Shown here: positions 63,752-64,000 of the stretch, piece by piece
Position numbering within the stretch: position 1 is the stretch's first letter
Layout of the letters: each line of letters begins with the position of its first letter
Assembly: GCF_006345805.1 (NCBI RefSeq)
Contig: NC_042998.1
Span: forward strand, 10,354,001 to 10,418,000
DNA from: Octopus sinensis
Taxonomy: Eukaryota
Length of the DNA: 64,000 nucleotides
Direction: 5' to 3'
Notes under the pieces: model-generated
What the model saw: the letters and a program-made list of their open reading frames with translations, nothing else
What the model was told of the DNA's origin: nothing
Databases searched by the model: none
Position numbers and translations under genes: made by a program

Positions 63752-64000
63752 GTGGAGGCGCAATGGCCCAGTGGTTAGGGCAGCGGACTCGCGGTCATAG
63801 GATCGCGGTTTCGATTCCCAGACCGGGCGTTGTGAGTGTTTATTGAGCGAAAACACCTAAAAGCTCCACGAGGCTCCGACAGGGGATGGTAGTGATCCCT
63901 GCTGTACTCTTTCACCACAACTTTCTCTCACTCTTACTTCCTGTTTCTGTTGTACCTGTATTTCAAAGGGCCGGCCTTGTCACTCTCTGTGTCACGCTGA
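63752..64000 (+). mobile_element. SINE family B, cut by the window end
   Basis: Intact tRNA-like head. Confidence 0.88.

Noticed and set aside
63752-63830. tRNA-like sequence (also other SINE heads)
   Set aside because: A and B boxes are present but continue into SINE bodies and lack a proper acceptor stem; not tRNA genes.
57393-64000. Search for the next upstream ENT exon (FN..D..GR motif)
   Set aside because: No matching frame found; presumably beyond the window, so intronic status of 57.4-64 kb is inferred.

Overview
Eukaryotic, AT-rich, microsatellite-dense genomic DNA whose repeat families resemble those I associate with octopus/coleoid cephalopods (inference, not tested). One host gene is supported: the last two coding exons of an equilibrative nucleoside transporter (SLC29/ENT) on the minus strand (57193-57392 and 49003-49168, phase-compatible GT-AG junction); its upstream exons were not found in the window. 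The rest is mostly transposon-derived: a nearly complete but disrupted RTE-clade LINE with a PHD-type finger inside its RT and a 12-unit minisatellite in its 3' UTR, R4/Dong-like LINEs abutting (TATG)n, several CR1-type 3' fragments, three Tc1/mariner relics (one DD37D), five non-autonomous Helitrons and about 40 tRNA-derived SINE copies. The most striking signal is a set of unrelated head-to-head inverted repeats (2.5-2.9, 25.9-26.1, 40.3-41.9, 58.5-59.2, 59.3-59.7 kb) whose arms carry type I hammerhead ribozyme cores, probably Penelope-like element termini. One hammerhead (58635-58681, minus) has a fully canonical core and lies on the ENT sense strand, about 1.2 kb upstream of the penultimate exon. 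Repeat boundaries were read by eye and are approximate unless stated as exact.
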